From Patescibacteria group bacterium (GTDB lineage Bacteria > Patescibacteriota > Patescibacteriia > Patescibacteriales > XYC2-FULL-47-12): DNA of 64,000 bases. A program made the translations under genes and the position numbers. The notes beneath the pieces were generated by a model. It searched no databases, was not told the origin of the DNA, and worked only from the letters and a program-made list of their open reading frames with translations. The stretch is taken from contig JBAZGH010000001.1 of assembly GCA_041652935.1 (NCBI GenBank), forward strand, positions 7,393-71,392. Direction: 5' to 3'. This document shows, piece after piece, positions 55,822-64,000 of this stretch (position 1 is its first letter; each line of letters starts with the position of its first letter).

Positions 55822-57395
55822 TGACAAATAATAAATTAACGGTTTTATGCATCATTGACGGCTGGGGTGTTGCCGCGCCTTACAACGGCAATGCAGTTAC
55901 TGAAGCTGATTTGCCCAATATAAATAAGATAATTTCCCAATATCCGGTTACAACCCTAGAAGCCGGCGGGGAAGCGGTGGGGCTGGAAGAAGGATTGGCC
56001 GGCAATAGCCGCCAGGGCCATTTTGTTATTGGAACCGGGCAAAGAGCCGACTCTGATTTACTTAGGATAAACAACGCAATCAGGGATAAAACTTTTTTTA
56101 AAAATAAAATTTTGAAAGAAGCGGTTAGACACGCCGAGAAAAACAATTCAAGCATACACATATTAGGATTAGTTTCCGAAGATAAAATTCACTCATCCTT
56201 TAGCCACTTGTTGTCCTTGATGGATTTTTTTAAAAAACGTAAAGAGCAGAAAATTTATTTAGACCTTATTATTTCAGAAGAAGAGTCATCTCTGAATTTA
56301 TTAAGGGAAATCCAGCAAAAGGCGGATAAATATGAGAATATCGAGATAGCAACGATTTCCGGAAGTTTTTACGCAATGGATGGATATGGCAATTGGGACC
56401 GTACTATTAAATTTTATCAGGCGCTGGCGGAGGGGGAGTGTAAAAATAAATTTGACAGCATTTCAAAGGCCGTTGAATTTTATAATAATAATAAAAAAAT
56501 TGCCGCCAGCGGGATTATTCCGACAGTTTTAATAAAAAATAGCCGTCCAGTCGCCACAGTTAAAGAAAAAGACGTTTTAATATTCTTCAATTTTAACCCC
56601 AGAGGAATGGGGCAGATAGTTCAAGCATTTTCTCTGCCCAGCCTAGCTAAGTTCCCGGAGCGCAAAAAATATTTTCCTGATTTATTTATCGCCTGCATGA
56701 CAGAGTATGAAAAGTATCTGCCGGTTAAAGTTATTTTTGATCATCCGGAAATTAACGCCACTTTAAATAAAATTTTAGCGGAAAACAGCAAAAAACAGCT
56801 ATTTATAACCGAAACCGAAAAATATCCTTATTTAAATTATTTTTTTAATGGATTCCAGTATTTTTTTAATGGGGGCGATAATCGGATATTGATTTCGGCC
56901 GAGCCGACAAAGGATGTTTATGGCAGCCAGGAAATATCAGCCGAAAAGATTACCGCCGTAGCGATAAAAGAAATAAAAAAAGGCGCCTATGATTTTATCG
57001 CCCTTAATTATGGAAGCGCCGATATTTTAGCAGATTCCGGCAAACTGGAAGCCGTTATTGCCGGATTGAAAGCAATAGATAAAAATATAGGAAATCTGCG
57101 AAAAGTGGTTTTGTCTGTCGGCGGAACGCTTATCATAACATCAAGCCATGGAAATTGCGAAGAGATGGTAAGCCGCCACAGTGAAGAGATGAATGAAAAA
57201 AATACAAACAACCCAGTTCCTTTTATACTTGCAAACAATAACTTGGAGGGGATTAGCTTGAATAAAGCGGACGCCGCCGGCATTGATTTAAGCGATTTAA
57301 AACCAACAGGAAGCTTACTTGATATTGCTCCGACTATTTTAAAAATTATGGGGATTAAAAAGCCGGATGAAATGGAGGGAAAAAGTTTACTTTAG
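55809..57395 (+). CDS. Divergent iPGM paralogue, likely catalytically impaired
   Basis: 528 aa. DGWG and NSRQGH are kept. The TDGRD position reads SEEES, ADHGN reads SSHGN, and the downstream H reads N (NTNNPVPF). Confidence 0.65.
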   Translation: MEALMTNNKLTVLCIIDGWGVAAPYNGNAVTEADLPNINKIISQYPVTTLEAGGEAVGLEEGLAGNSRQGHFVIGTGQRADSDLLRINNAIRDKTFFKNKILKEAVRHAEKNNSSIHILGLVSEDKIHSSFSHLLSLMDFFKKRKEQKIYLDLIISEEESSLNLLREIQQKADKYENIEIATISGSFYAMDGYGNWDRTIKFYQALAEGECKNKFDSISKAVEFYNNNKKIAASGIIPTVLIKNSRPVATVKEKDVLIFFNFNPRGMGQIVQAFSLPSLAKFPERKKYFPDLFIACMTEYEKYLPVKVIFDHPEINATLNKILAENSKKQLFITETEKYPYLNYFFNGFQYFFNGGDNRILISAEPTKDVYGSQEISAEKITAVAIKEIKKGAYDFIALNYGSADILADSGKLEAVIAGLKAIDKNIGNLRKVVLSVGGTLIITSSHGNCEEMVSRHSEEMNEKNTNNPVPFILANNNLEGISLNKADAAGIDLSDLKPTGSLLDIAPTILKIMGIKKPDEMEGKSLL

Positions 57396-57823
57396 AAAAA
57401 ATAATATCCAATTGCGCTGACAGCGATTCCTATAAGGCACCCCGTTAAAACCTGCAATGGAGTATGCCCTATTTTTTCCAATAATTTGGGATAATGCTCT
57501 TCCAATACTTTATCATCCTTTAAATCTTTTACCAAGATATTTAAAATTTTTCCATGCTGGCCGAGATAACGCCTCAAACCGATCGCGTCTCGAATGACCA
57601 CAACGGCAAAAATAAAAGATAAGGCGAAAACAGGAGAGCCCCACCCTTCAATTAGGACGATGATTAAAGCCAGAGATGACACTGCCGCGGAGTGCGAAGA
57701 GGGCATCCCCGAATAGGCTAATAAATTTTTAAAATTAAATTTTAGCTTGTTGCTTGAAACAAAAAATTTGATAATTTGGGCGACAGCGCCGGCAATAATC
57801 GGCAATAAGATAATTTTTATCAT
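57392..57823 (-). CDS. Divergent PAP2 / DUF212 membrane phosphatase-like protein
   Basis: 143 aa. SGMPSSHSA and the RD motif are present. Confidence 0.55.
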   Translation of the reverse strand: MIKIILLPIIAGAVAQIIKFFVSSNKLKFNFKNLLAYSGMPSSHSAAVSSLALIIVLIEGWGSPVFALSFIFAVVVIRDAIGLRRYLGQHGKILNILVKDLKDDKVLEEHYPKLLEKIGHTPLQVLTGCLIGIAVSAIGYYFF

Positions 57824-57845
57824 ATTATTAAATTAAAATTACTAT

Positions 57846-58658
57846 ATGTTAGAGCATTATTTTTCCGTTGTTATTTTATCAATCATTCAGGGAATTACTG
57901 AGTTTGTGCCGATATCCTCATCCGGCCATTTAATTATTTTACACAACATTTTGCCTGAACTAAAAATAAATGAATTGGCTTTTGATGTTTTTTTACATGC
58001 CGGTACGTTATTAGCCGTTATAGTATTTTTTTGGCCCGATTTGGTCAAAATTTTTATTAATTGGTTAAAAAATTCTTTAAAAATGAATTTTAGAGCATCA
58101 GAGGCAAAGCTAGGATGGCTTTTGATTATTGCCACCATTCCAGCCGGTTTATTCGGCTATTTTTTTGAAGATTTAATTGAAAATTTTTTAAGATCTAATT
58201 TAGTTGTAGCCGCAATGCTAATTATAGTGGGCCTGCTGTTTTTATTGGCAGAGCATTATTTTAAGCGGCAGCAAATGATAACACAATTAAATTGGAAAAA
58301 CGCTTTATTCATTGGAATTGCCCAGGCAATCGCTTTAATTCCGGGAACCTCGCGTTCAGGCATTACTATTATAGCAGGCATGGCCTCTAAATTAAAGAGG
58401 GAAGAGGCAGTGAGATTTTCATTCCTAATATCAGTGCCTGTTATACTGGGGGCGACAATAAAAAAAATCCCGGCTATTTCAGCCGCGATTTTTGACGGAA
58501 ATTTATTAAATTTTTCAATGAGCGCTGTTATTAGTTTTGTCACTGCATATTTTATTATTAAATATTTATTAATTTATGTAAAAAATCATTCACTGAATAT
58601 TTTTGCTTATTATCGTTTTTTTCTGGCGGCTGTAATTATTCTTTTATACTTTATTTAA
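57846..58658 (+). CDS. uppP: Undecaprenyl-diphosphatase
   Basis: 270 aa. It has ITEFVPISSSGHL and SRSG.T. Confidence 0.8.
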   Translation: MLEHYFSVVILSIIQGITEFVPISSSGHLIILHNILPELKINELAFDVFLHAGTLLAVIVFFWPDLVKIFINWLKNSLKMNFRASEAKLGWLLIIATIPAGLFGYFFEDLIENFLRSNLVVAAMLIIVGLLFLLAEHYFKRQQMITQLNWKNALFIGIAQAIALIPGTSRSGITIIAGMASKLKREEAVRFSFLISVPVILGATIKKIPAISAAIFDGNLLNFSMSAVISFVTAYFIIKYLLIYVKNHSLNIFAYYRFFLAAVIILLYFI

Positions 58659-59507
58659 TAATTTAAGCTTTTTGCCGAAGTTGTTTATATAGTTAATATA
58701 GAAATAAAACAGGACTGCAGTGCACATCGCTAATATATATATTGACATCAATTTAATTATAATTAAAAAATAGCTCACAACCGATTTCATATCCGGCGTT
58801 TTAAATAAAGCGCCGGATTTATTTTCGTAATTTTCAATATCCAGCATTTTAGCATTATAAGCCATAGGATTATTTTTTGAATTTATATTATTTAAATAAT
58901 ACTCCGATAAATCAGAAGCTATAAAATAGGGGGAGCTGTTTTGTGATTTTAAAAAAGATTGATCAGTATTAGTATTGAGAACTAATTGTTCCGAGGATAT
59001 TTTCGGCGCGCCAAAAAGTTCTACCGCTATTATGGTTTCCTCGCCAAACCATTCTCCGCTTAAAACAGCAACACCCGCTTCTTGGTAATTTTCATGCAAT
59101 ACATTTTTTCTATGCGAAGGGGACGCCAGCCAAGCGTTGAACATGGGTTCGCTTTCAGTGAAATTAACCGCCAGATTTTCACCGACGATTGAATATTCAT
59201 ATCCCTCCTCTTTTATCCAGTCGGAAAATTTTTTATCGGAAAAATTATGGGAAAAATTTTGCTGGCTGATAATAGCGCTGGCTTTCGCTATGGCCGCTTT
59301 AGTTAATGATTCATTTTCAACTAATTCATTAAGCCCATATTTAACTCTTTCCAAATTCGTTAATTCCATTATTTTTTCAGCCGTAACTTCAGAGGCCAGG
59401 GCGTTGCCGGCGATTAAATTTGAGAATAAAAAAATCCCTATTATCCACAGTAATAGAGAATTTCTAAAATTAAAAAATATATAGTTCCCCCTCTTTTTTG
59501 TTTTCAT
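58644..59507 (-). CDS. CAP/SCP (YkwD-like) domain protein with an N-terminal signal/transmembrane segment and a C-terminal transmembrane segment
   Basis: 287 aa. The CAP motifs are LTNLERVKYGLNEL, GENLA and HRKNVL. Confidence 0.6.
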   Translation of the reverse strand: MKTKKRGNYIFFNFRNSLLLWIIGIFLFSNLIAGNALASEVTAEKIMELTNLERVKYGLNELVENESLTKAAIAKASAIISQQNFSHNFSDKKFSDWIKEEGYEYSIVGENLAVNFTESEPMFNAWLASPSHRKNVLHENYQEAGVAVLSGEWFGEETIIAVELFGAPKISSEQLVLNTNTDQSFLKSQNSSPYFIASDLSEYYLNNINSKNNPMAYNAKMLDIENYENKSGALFKTPDMKSVVSYFLIIIKLMSIYILAMCTAVLFYFYINYINNFGKKLKLLNKV

Positions 59508-60134
59508 TTTTGTTTTTTATACCTTTGTTTTTGCTTATACCTTTGTTTTTGCTTGTTCGCCTATTTTGGGCGGAGTAAAAGATTATTTTTGATCTTTCAC
59601 TATATATATTATATCATAGTTTGCGGTAAAAATCAAGAGGCGTTTTAGTTGTAAGTTATAAGTCTTAAGTTCTAAAGTTCTAAGCTTCAAAATTTTTAGA
59701 GTCCTAACTGGAACTATATAGTTTTAAGTTCTAGAGTTCTAATTTATATAGTTTTAGAGTTGCAAAGCTCTAGGTTATGGGCATGACAAATATTTACTTG
59801 TTGAGATCTTTTTTTATACGGTAAATAAAATTTTTTAATTTAATAATATTATAAATAAATTTTAAATTTTAATTAGTATCTGCCGGCAAAAAAATTTAAA
59901 TATATAATTTTATATTGATAATATTATTTAAAAATTAAAAATTAGATATTATTTAAAAATTAAAAAATTATAAAATTTAAAATTTTAACCATAGAACCAA
60001 TTAGCCCAAGTTATTTTAAGGTAAAAATTACATAAATTTTTTCAACTTGCAACACGGTACGATTAGTGCTATTGTAACATAATATTATAAATCAAACTTT
60101 ACGACTTTTGACTTTTAAACTTTGCAACTAAAGT
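59508..60134. repeat. AT-rich intergenic region of 627 bp packed with short tandem and inverted repeats
   Basis: TACCTTTGTTTTTGCT occurs twice in tandem (59517-59548). There are AAGTTCTAA arrays, a doubled ATTATTTAAAAATTAAAAA, and an ACTTTTGACTTTTAAACTTT arm immediately before the manC ATG. Confidence 0.6.
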
Positions 60135-61208
60135 ATGAAAATAGTTATTCTCGCCGGAGGATCCGGCAGCCGGCTTTGGCCGGTTTCTAGAAAAAATAAT
60201 CCAAAACAGGTGCAGCCGTTTTTAGACGACGATACTATGCTGCAAAAAACTTATAAGCGCCTGCGCCGCGGGTTCAATGTTGATGATATTTTTATTGCCA
60301 CAGCCGAAAGTTATATTGCGATTACCAAAAAACAGCTTCCGGAGCTTCCGCAAAAAAATATTATTAGCGAACCTTATAAGCGGGACACAGCGGCGGCCAT
60401 CGGGCTGGCGGCCATCTTTTTTTATTTCCGCAACCCGAACGAAATAATCATTACCGTGCACGCTGATCATTACATAGACGATGAAGAAGAATATATAAAA
60501 ACTTTAAAGTTGGCCGGGAAGCTAGCGGAAATTAATCCAGGAAGGGGAGTCTTGATAGGAGTAAGGCCGGCTTATCCTGAAACCGGTTTCGGCTACATAA
60601 AAATAAACGGACAATTTTTTTCCTTAAATGATAGAAAAATATTTACAGTAGAAGAATTTATTGAAAAGCCCAATTCGGAAAAAGCAAAAAATTATATCAG
60701 CAAATGGGAGTACCTTTGGAACCCCGGTTATTTTATTTGGCGGGTTGACACCCTGCTCGCTCAGTACAAAAAACATCTGCCGGAAATGTATAAAAGTTTA
60801 GTTGAGATTAATCGCGCGCTGGAAACTAAAAATGAGAAAAAAGTAATAGATAGCGAATTTAAAAAAATAACGCCAAAGGCGTTTGATTACGGCATACTGG
60901 AAAAGGCGGATAACTTATTGGTCGTGCCGACCGATTTCGTTTTTACTGACATTGGAAACTGGCGGACGGCTAAAAGAGTTTTAAGCGGCAATAAAAAAAA
61001 TGCCATAAAAGGCAAGGTTATTGAATTAGACAGTTCTAATAATTTAATTTATAATTTTACCAATAGGCCGTTAACCTGCGCCGGCTTAAAAGATATGATA
61101 ATAGTTGCGGTTGAGGACGCTACCTTGGTTTGCCACCAAGACAGCGCTCAGGATGTTAAAAAAATAGTGGAAAAATTAAAAGAGGCGGGGCTGGAAAAAT
61201 ATTTATAA
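60135..61208 (+). CDS. Mannose-1-phosphate guanylyltransferase-like nucleotidyltransferase
   Basis: 357 aa. ILAGGSGSRLWP is the NTP-transferase motif. No C-terminal isomerase domain is present. Confidence 0.7.
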   Translation: MKIVILAGGSGSRLWPVSRKNNPKQVQPFLDDDTMLQKTYKRLRRGFNVDDIFIATAESYIAITKKQLPELPQKNIISEPYKRDTAAAIGLAAIFFYFRNPNEIIITVHADHYIDDEEEYIKTLKLAGKLAEINPGRGVLIGVRPAYPETGFGYIKINGQFFSLNDRKIFTVEEFIEKPNSEKAKNYISKWEYLWNPGYFIWRVDTLLAQYKKHLPEMYKSLVEINRALETKNEKKVIDSEFKKITPKAFDYGILEKADNLLVVPTDFVFTDIGNWRTAKRVLSGNKKNAIKGKVIELDSSNNLIYNFTNRPLTCAGLKDMIIVAVEDATLVCHQDSAQDVKKIVEKLKEAGLEKYL

Positions 61209-61213
61209 ATTTT

Positions 61214-62257
61214 ATGCTACGAAAGTTAACTACAACATTAGGAATAATTATTTCTTTAATTATACTAGTCGGCGCGACTATGTATATTTCTTTTTGGCGG
61301 GCGGTTAATTCACCGGTTCAAGATGAAAGCGAACAGATTATTTTTAGTGTTGAAGAAGGAAATAAAACGCGTGAAATAAGCAATAAATTAAAAGAAGAGG
61401 GAATAATAAGCAGCCCTTTTTATTTTGATTGGTATGCCGCTTTTAGGGATATAGATACTAAAATACAGGCCGGCGAATATGCGCTAGATAAAAATATGAA
61501 TATTAAAGAAATAGCGGCTATTTTATCTGTTGGAAATTCGCAGAGTAGAGAAAAAACCATAAAGATTATTGAGGGATGGGATATTAATAATATTGCTCAA
61601 TATCTGGAAGAACAACATGGATTTAGCGCCAAAGAATTCATTAAATTAACAGAGCCGGGAGAAGGAACATGTTTTTCCCGCGATATATGCCAATTTTCCA
61701 ATATAGAATCAATACCAGCGGGAAAAAGTTTAGAGGGCTATCTATTTCCGGATACATATCGCATATTCTCTGATGCCACCACAGAAGATGTTATCGCAAA
61801 AATGTTAAGCAATTTTGGAACTAAAATCAGCGGCCAAATGCTGGCCGACATAGAGAATCAGGGCAAAAATTTATACCAGATAATAACCATGGCCTCCTTA
61901 GTAGAAAAAGAAGTGAGAAAAACAGAGGACATGAAAATTGTTTCCGGAATTTTTTGGAATAGGATAAAGCGAGGGCAGCCGCTTGAATCATGCGCCACCC
62001 TAGCTTATGTTTTAGGCGAGAATAAGTCACAGTACAGCATAGAGGATACGAAAGTTGATTCGCCATATAATACTTATAAAAATTACGGTTTGCCGCCAGG
62101 ACCAATAGCAAATCCCGGGCTTAACGCGATTAACGCCGCTATTTATCCGGCCGAAACTGATTATTTGTATTTTTTAAATGAGCTGGGGAGCGGAAAAACC
62201 CATTTTGCCGAAACTTTTGAGGAGCACGCTAGAAATAAAGCGCTTTATTTAAAATAG
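61214..62257 (+). CDS. mltG: Endolytic murein transglycosylase MltG (YceG-like)
   Basis: 347 aa. An N-terminal transmembrane segment is present and the YceG core is recognisable. Confidence 0.7.
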   Translation: MLRKLTTTLGIIISLIILVGATMYISFWRAVNSPVQDESEQIIFSVEEGNKTREISNKLKEEGIISSPFYFDWYAAFRDIDTKIQAGEYALDKNMNIKEIAAILSVGNSQSREKTIKIIEGWDINNIAQYLEEQHGFSAKEFIKLTEPGEGTCFSRDICQFSNIESIPAGKSLEGYLFPDTYRIFSDATTEDVIAKMLSNFGTKISGQMLADIENQGKNLYQIITMASLVEKEVRKTEDMKIVSGIFWNRIKRGQPLESCATLAYVLGENKSQYSIEDTKVDSPYNTYKNYGLPPGPIANPGLNAINAAIYPAETDYLYFLNELGSGKTHFAETFEEHARNKALYLK

Positions 62258-62324
62258 TCATTAAAGACATAAGTCGTAAGTCATAATAACCTTACGGCTT
62301 GGGGCTTATGGCTTACGATTTAAC

Positions 62325-63002
62325 ATGACTTACATAATTTCATTAGGTGGTTCTTTAATCGCGCCGAAAAAAGGAATTGACTGGAAATTTTTAAAAAAAA
62401 TTCGGACATTAATAATGGAGCGAATTCAGCAAGGAAATAGATTCATCATTATAGCCGGCGGAGGAACTACCTGCCGCGATTACATCGACGCAGCCAGCAG
62501 AGTGATTAATATTGCCGATGAAGATAAAGATTGGCTCGGTATACATGCCTCCCGCTTGAATGCCCATTTATTGCGCACTATCTTTTTTGATATTGCCCAT
62601 CCGGTCATTATTGATAATCCAGCTAAGAAAATAAAAACAAACTGCCCCCTAATCATAGGAGCCGGCTGGCGCCCGGGTAACTCTACCGACTATGTAGCGG
62701 TCTATTTGGCAAAAACATACAAAGTTAAAACAGTCATTAATTTATCAAACATAGACTACGCCTATGATAAGGACCCTAATAAATACAAAGACGCTGAAAA
62801 AATTAAAGATATAAAATGGGCTGATTTCAGAGGGATAATAGGCAATAAATGGATTCCGGGCTTAAACACACCCTTTGACCCGATTGCCTCTAGATTAGCC
62901 GAAGAGCTGAAATTGCGGGTAATTATTATGAACGGAAAAAAGTTAAAAAATTTAGAAAATTGTTTGAATAATAACAAATTTCAAGGAACAGTTATTAAAT
63001 AA
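62325..63002 (+). CDS. Amino-acid-kinase-family protein, most similar to archaeal-type UMP kinase
   Basis: 225 aa. LGGSLI, AGGGTTCRDYIDAA, RPGNSTDYVA and YDKDP are present. The length and motifs fit short PyrH proteins. Confidence 0.5.
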   Translation: MTYIISLGGSLIAPKKGIDWKFLKKIRTLIMERIQQGNRFIIIAGGGTTCRDYIDAASRVINIADEDKDWLGIHASRLNAHLLRTIFFDIAHPVIIDNPAKKIKTNCPLIIGAGWRPGNSTDYVAVYLAKTYKVKTVINLSNIDYAYDKDPNKYKDAEKIKDIKWADFRGIIGNKWIPGLNTPFDPIASRLAEELKLRVIIMNGKKLKNLENCLNNNKFQGTVIK

Positions 63003-63059
63003 TTTGACATATTTTACAGTTGTGTTATTATATTGACAATTAAATAATAACCGTAGAAA

Positions 63060-63197
63060 ACAAGGGATTTTATTGGGAAAATCTTGAAAATCTTGTCGAG
63101 GTGCATATCGCATAATGTAGAACGCATAAAGCGTAACATTATGCGGATATTTTCTGCGGTTAAAAACGGCAGTTTTTTATTTTTTTAAATACAATAT
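63060..63197 (+). promoter_or_regulatory. Structured leader upstream of rplJ (L10-leader-like)
   Basis: The inverted repeat is CGCATAATGT / ACATTATGCG, with an inner ACGCATAAAGCGT. CTGCGGTTAAAAACGGCAG followed by TTTTTTATTTTTTT gives an attenuator-like terminator. Confidence 0.45.
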
Positions 63198-63722
63198 ATG
63201 GCTATAAATAAGCAAAAAAAACAGGAAATAGTAAAAGAATTACGAGAAAAGATTGGTAGAGCCAAATCAGTTGTGTTTACTAAGTTTTTTGGGGTTGGCG
63301 CGAATGAAATCAATGATTTGCGAGGTAAGATAAAAGACAGCGGCAGCGAATACATGGTTGCTAAAAAAACTTTAGTTGATGTAGCTTTTGCCGACCAAAA
63401 AATTGAAGGATTGAAGGTTAGGGACATAGAGGGCGAGGTTGCGGCTGTTTTTGGCTATGAAGATGAAGTTGCGCCGGCAAAAATTATTGATGAATTTAAA
63501 AAGAGCCATGAAAGCGTAGAGTTAATGGGTGGAGTTTTAGAAAATAAGTTTATTGATGCCGCGCAGGTTCAGGCGCTGGCCAAGATGCCTTCTAAACCGG
63601 AACTATACGCGAAAATTGTCGGCTCTATCAAAGCCCCCATTTCCGGATTTGTTAATGTATTGTCCGGGAATTTAAGAGGGTTGGTAACCGTGTTGAAGGC
63701 GATTGAAGAAAAAAAACAATAA
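63198..63722 (+). CDS. rplJ: 50S ribosomal protein L10
   Basis: 174 aa. The L10 N-terminal signature is recognisable. Confidence 0.85.
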   Translation: MAINKQKKQEIVKELREKIGRAKSVVFTKFFGVGANEINDLRGKIKDSGSEYMVAKKTLVDVAFADQKIEGLKVRDIEGEVAAVFGYEDEVAPAKIIDEFKKSHESVELMGGVLENKFIDAAQVQALAKMPSKPELYAKIVGSIKAPISGFVNVLSGNLRGLVTVLKAIEEKKQ

Positions 63723-63823
63723 TTAAATAGAAATTAATCAATAATTTAACAATAATTAATTAATAAATAAACATTTTGTCATTTTGAGGAGCGCCTGCCC
63801 GCAAAATGATAAATAGAAAAAAT

Positions 63824-64000
63824 ATGACAGACGAACAAAAAAACAATGCTCCAGTAGAAGCTGCGGCAGAAGAAAAAAAGGATGTAGTAGTTCCTGAAAA
63901 ATTCAAATCTCTAGTTGGGGAGATTGAAAAAATGTCAGTTTTAGATTTAGCTGAATTAGTTAAAATTTTAGAGGAAAAATTCGGCGTATCAGCTGCCGCT
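63824..64000 (+). CDS. rplL: 50S ribosomal protein L7/L12 (N-terminal part; truncated by the window end)
   Basis: The translation is MTDEQKNNAPVEAAAEEKK...FKSLVGEIEKMSVLDLAELVKILEEKFGV. No stop codon appears before position 64000. Confidence 0.8.
   Translation, partial: MTDEQKNNAPVEAAAEEKKDVVVPEKFKSLVGEIEKMSVLDLAELVKILEEKFGVSAAA

Noticed and set aside
1-64000. CRISPR arrays, rRNA genes, or use of an alternative genetic code (code 4 or 25).
   Set aside because: There are no regularly spaced direct repeats with unique spacers. There are no rRNA-like stretches. TGA terminates well-supported genes (for example at 1504-1506), and long ORFs are intact under the standard code.

Overview
This 64-kb window from an AT-rich bacterium has four main parts. 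The organism is probably an uncultivated, small-genome lineage; that is inference only. Coding uses the standard code, and TGA is used as a stop (for example the ORF ending at 1506).

(1) 228-20042 is a very AT-rich surface-glycan island of about 20 kb, all on the plus strand. It carries two non-identical biosynthesis modules for a nonulosonic (pseudaminic or legionaminic-type) acid. Each module has a NeuB-family synthase, a PseB/CapD-type 4,6-dehydratase, a DegT aminotransferase and a CMP-sugar cytidylyltransferase. Tailoring genes are also present: two SAM methyltransferases, a radical SAM/SPASM protein, a sugar N-formyltransferase, a class-III aminotransferase, a Gfo/Idh/MocA oxidoreductase and an LmbE-like deacetylase. 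Between the modules sit an MsbA-like ABC exporter and a TagF/HP-motif transferase candidate. An excisionase-type HTH gene with a near-consensus sigma-70 promoter marks the left edge.

(2) 20051-23297 is a strikingly GC-rich pair: a WbaP/PglC-type initiating sugar transferase and a B12-binding radical SAM protein with a C-terminal membrane anchor.

(3) The remainder is housekeeping: holB, frr, rseP, murJ, lepA, recJ, rnhA, an ftsB-like gene, PpiC, tRNA-Thr and tRNA-Gly, an RlpA-Dac fusion, ftsEX, PfkB, PduL, two GT2 genes with a DUF2304 protein, VanZ, pilT, dtd, NUDIX, SPFH, pgk, SIMPL, eno, two iPGM genes, uppP, a CAP-domain protein, manC, mltG, a UMP-kinase-like gene, rplJ and the start of rplL.

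(4) Several repeat families are dispersed across the window.

The most notable observations are these:
- A GC-rich palindromic miniature element sits in frame inside lepA, and a related 162-bp copy lies between the GT2 genes. This resembles the Rickettsia palindromic elements.
- The enolase ORF is split by a -1 frameshift.
- The tandem iPGM paralogue has lost key catalytic residues.
- AAAGTT/AACTTT hairpin elements recur between genes.
- ACAA-core heptamer arrays occur upstream of start codons and inside coding loops of eno, pgk and recJ.
- ATGCGAAT/ATTCGCAT dyads recur upstream of several genes.

All GC statements are judged by eye. Family assignments rest on recognisable motifs, not on searches.
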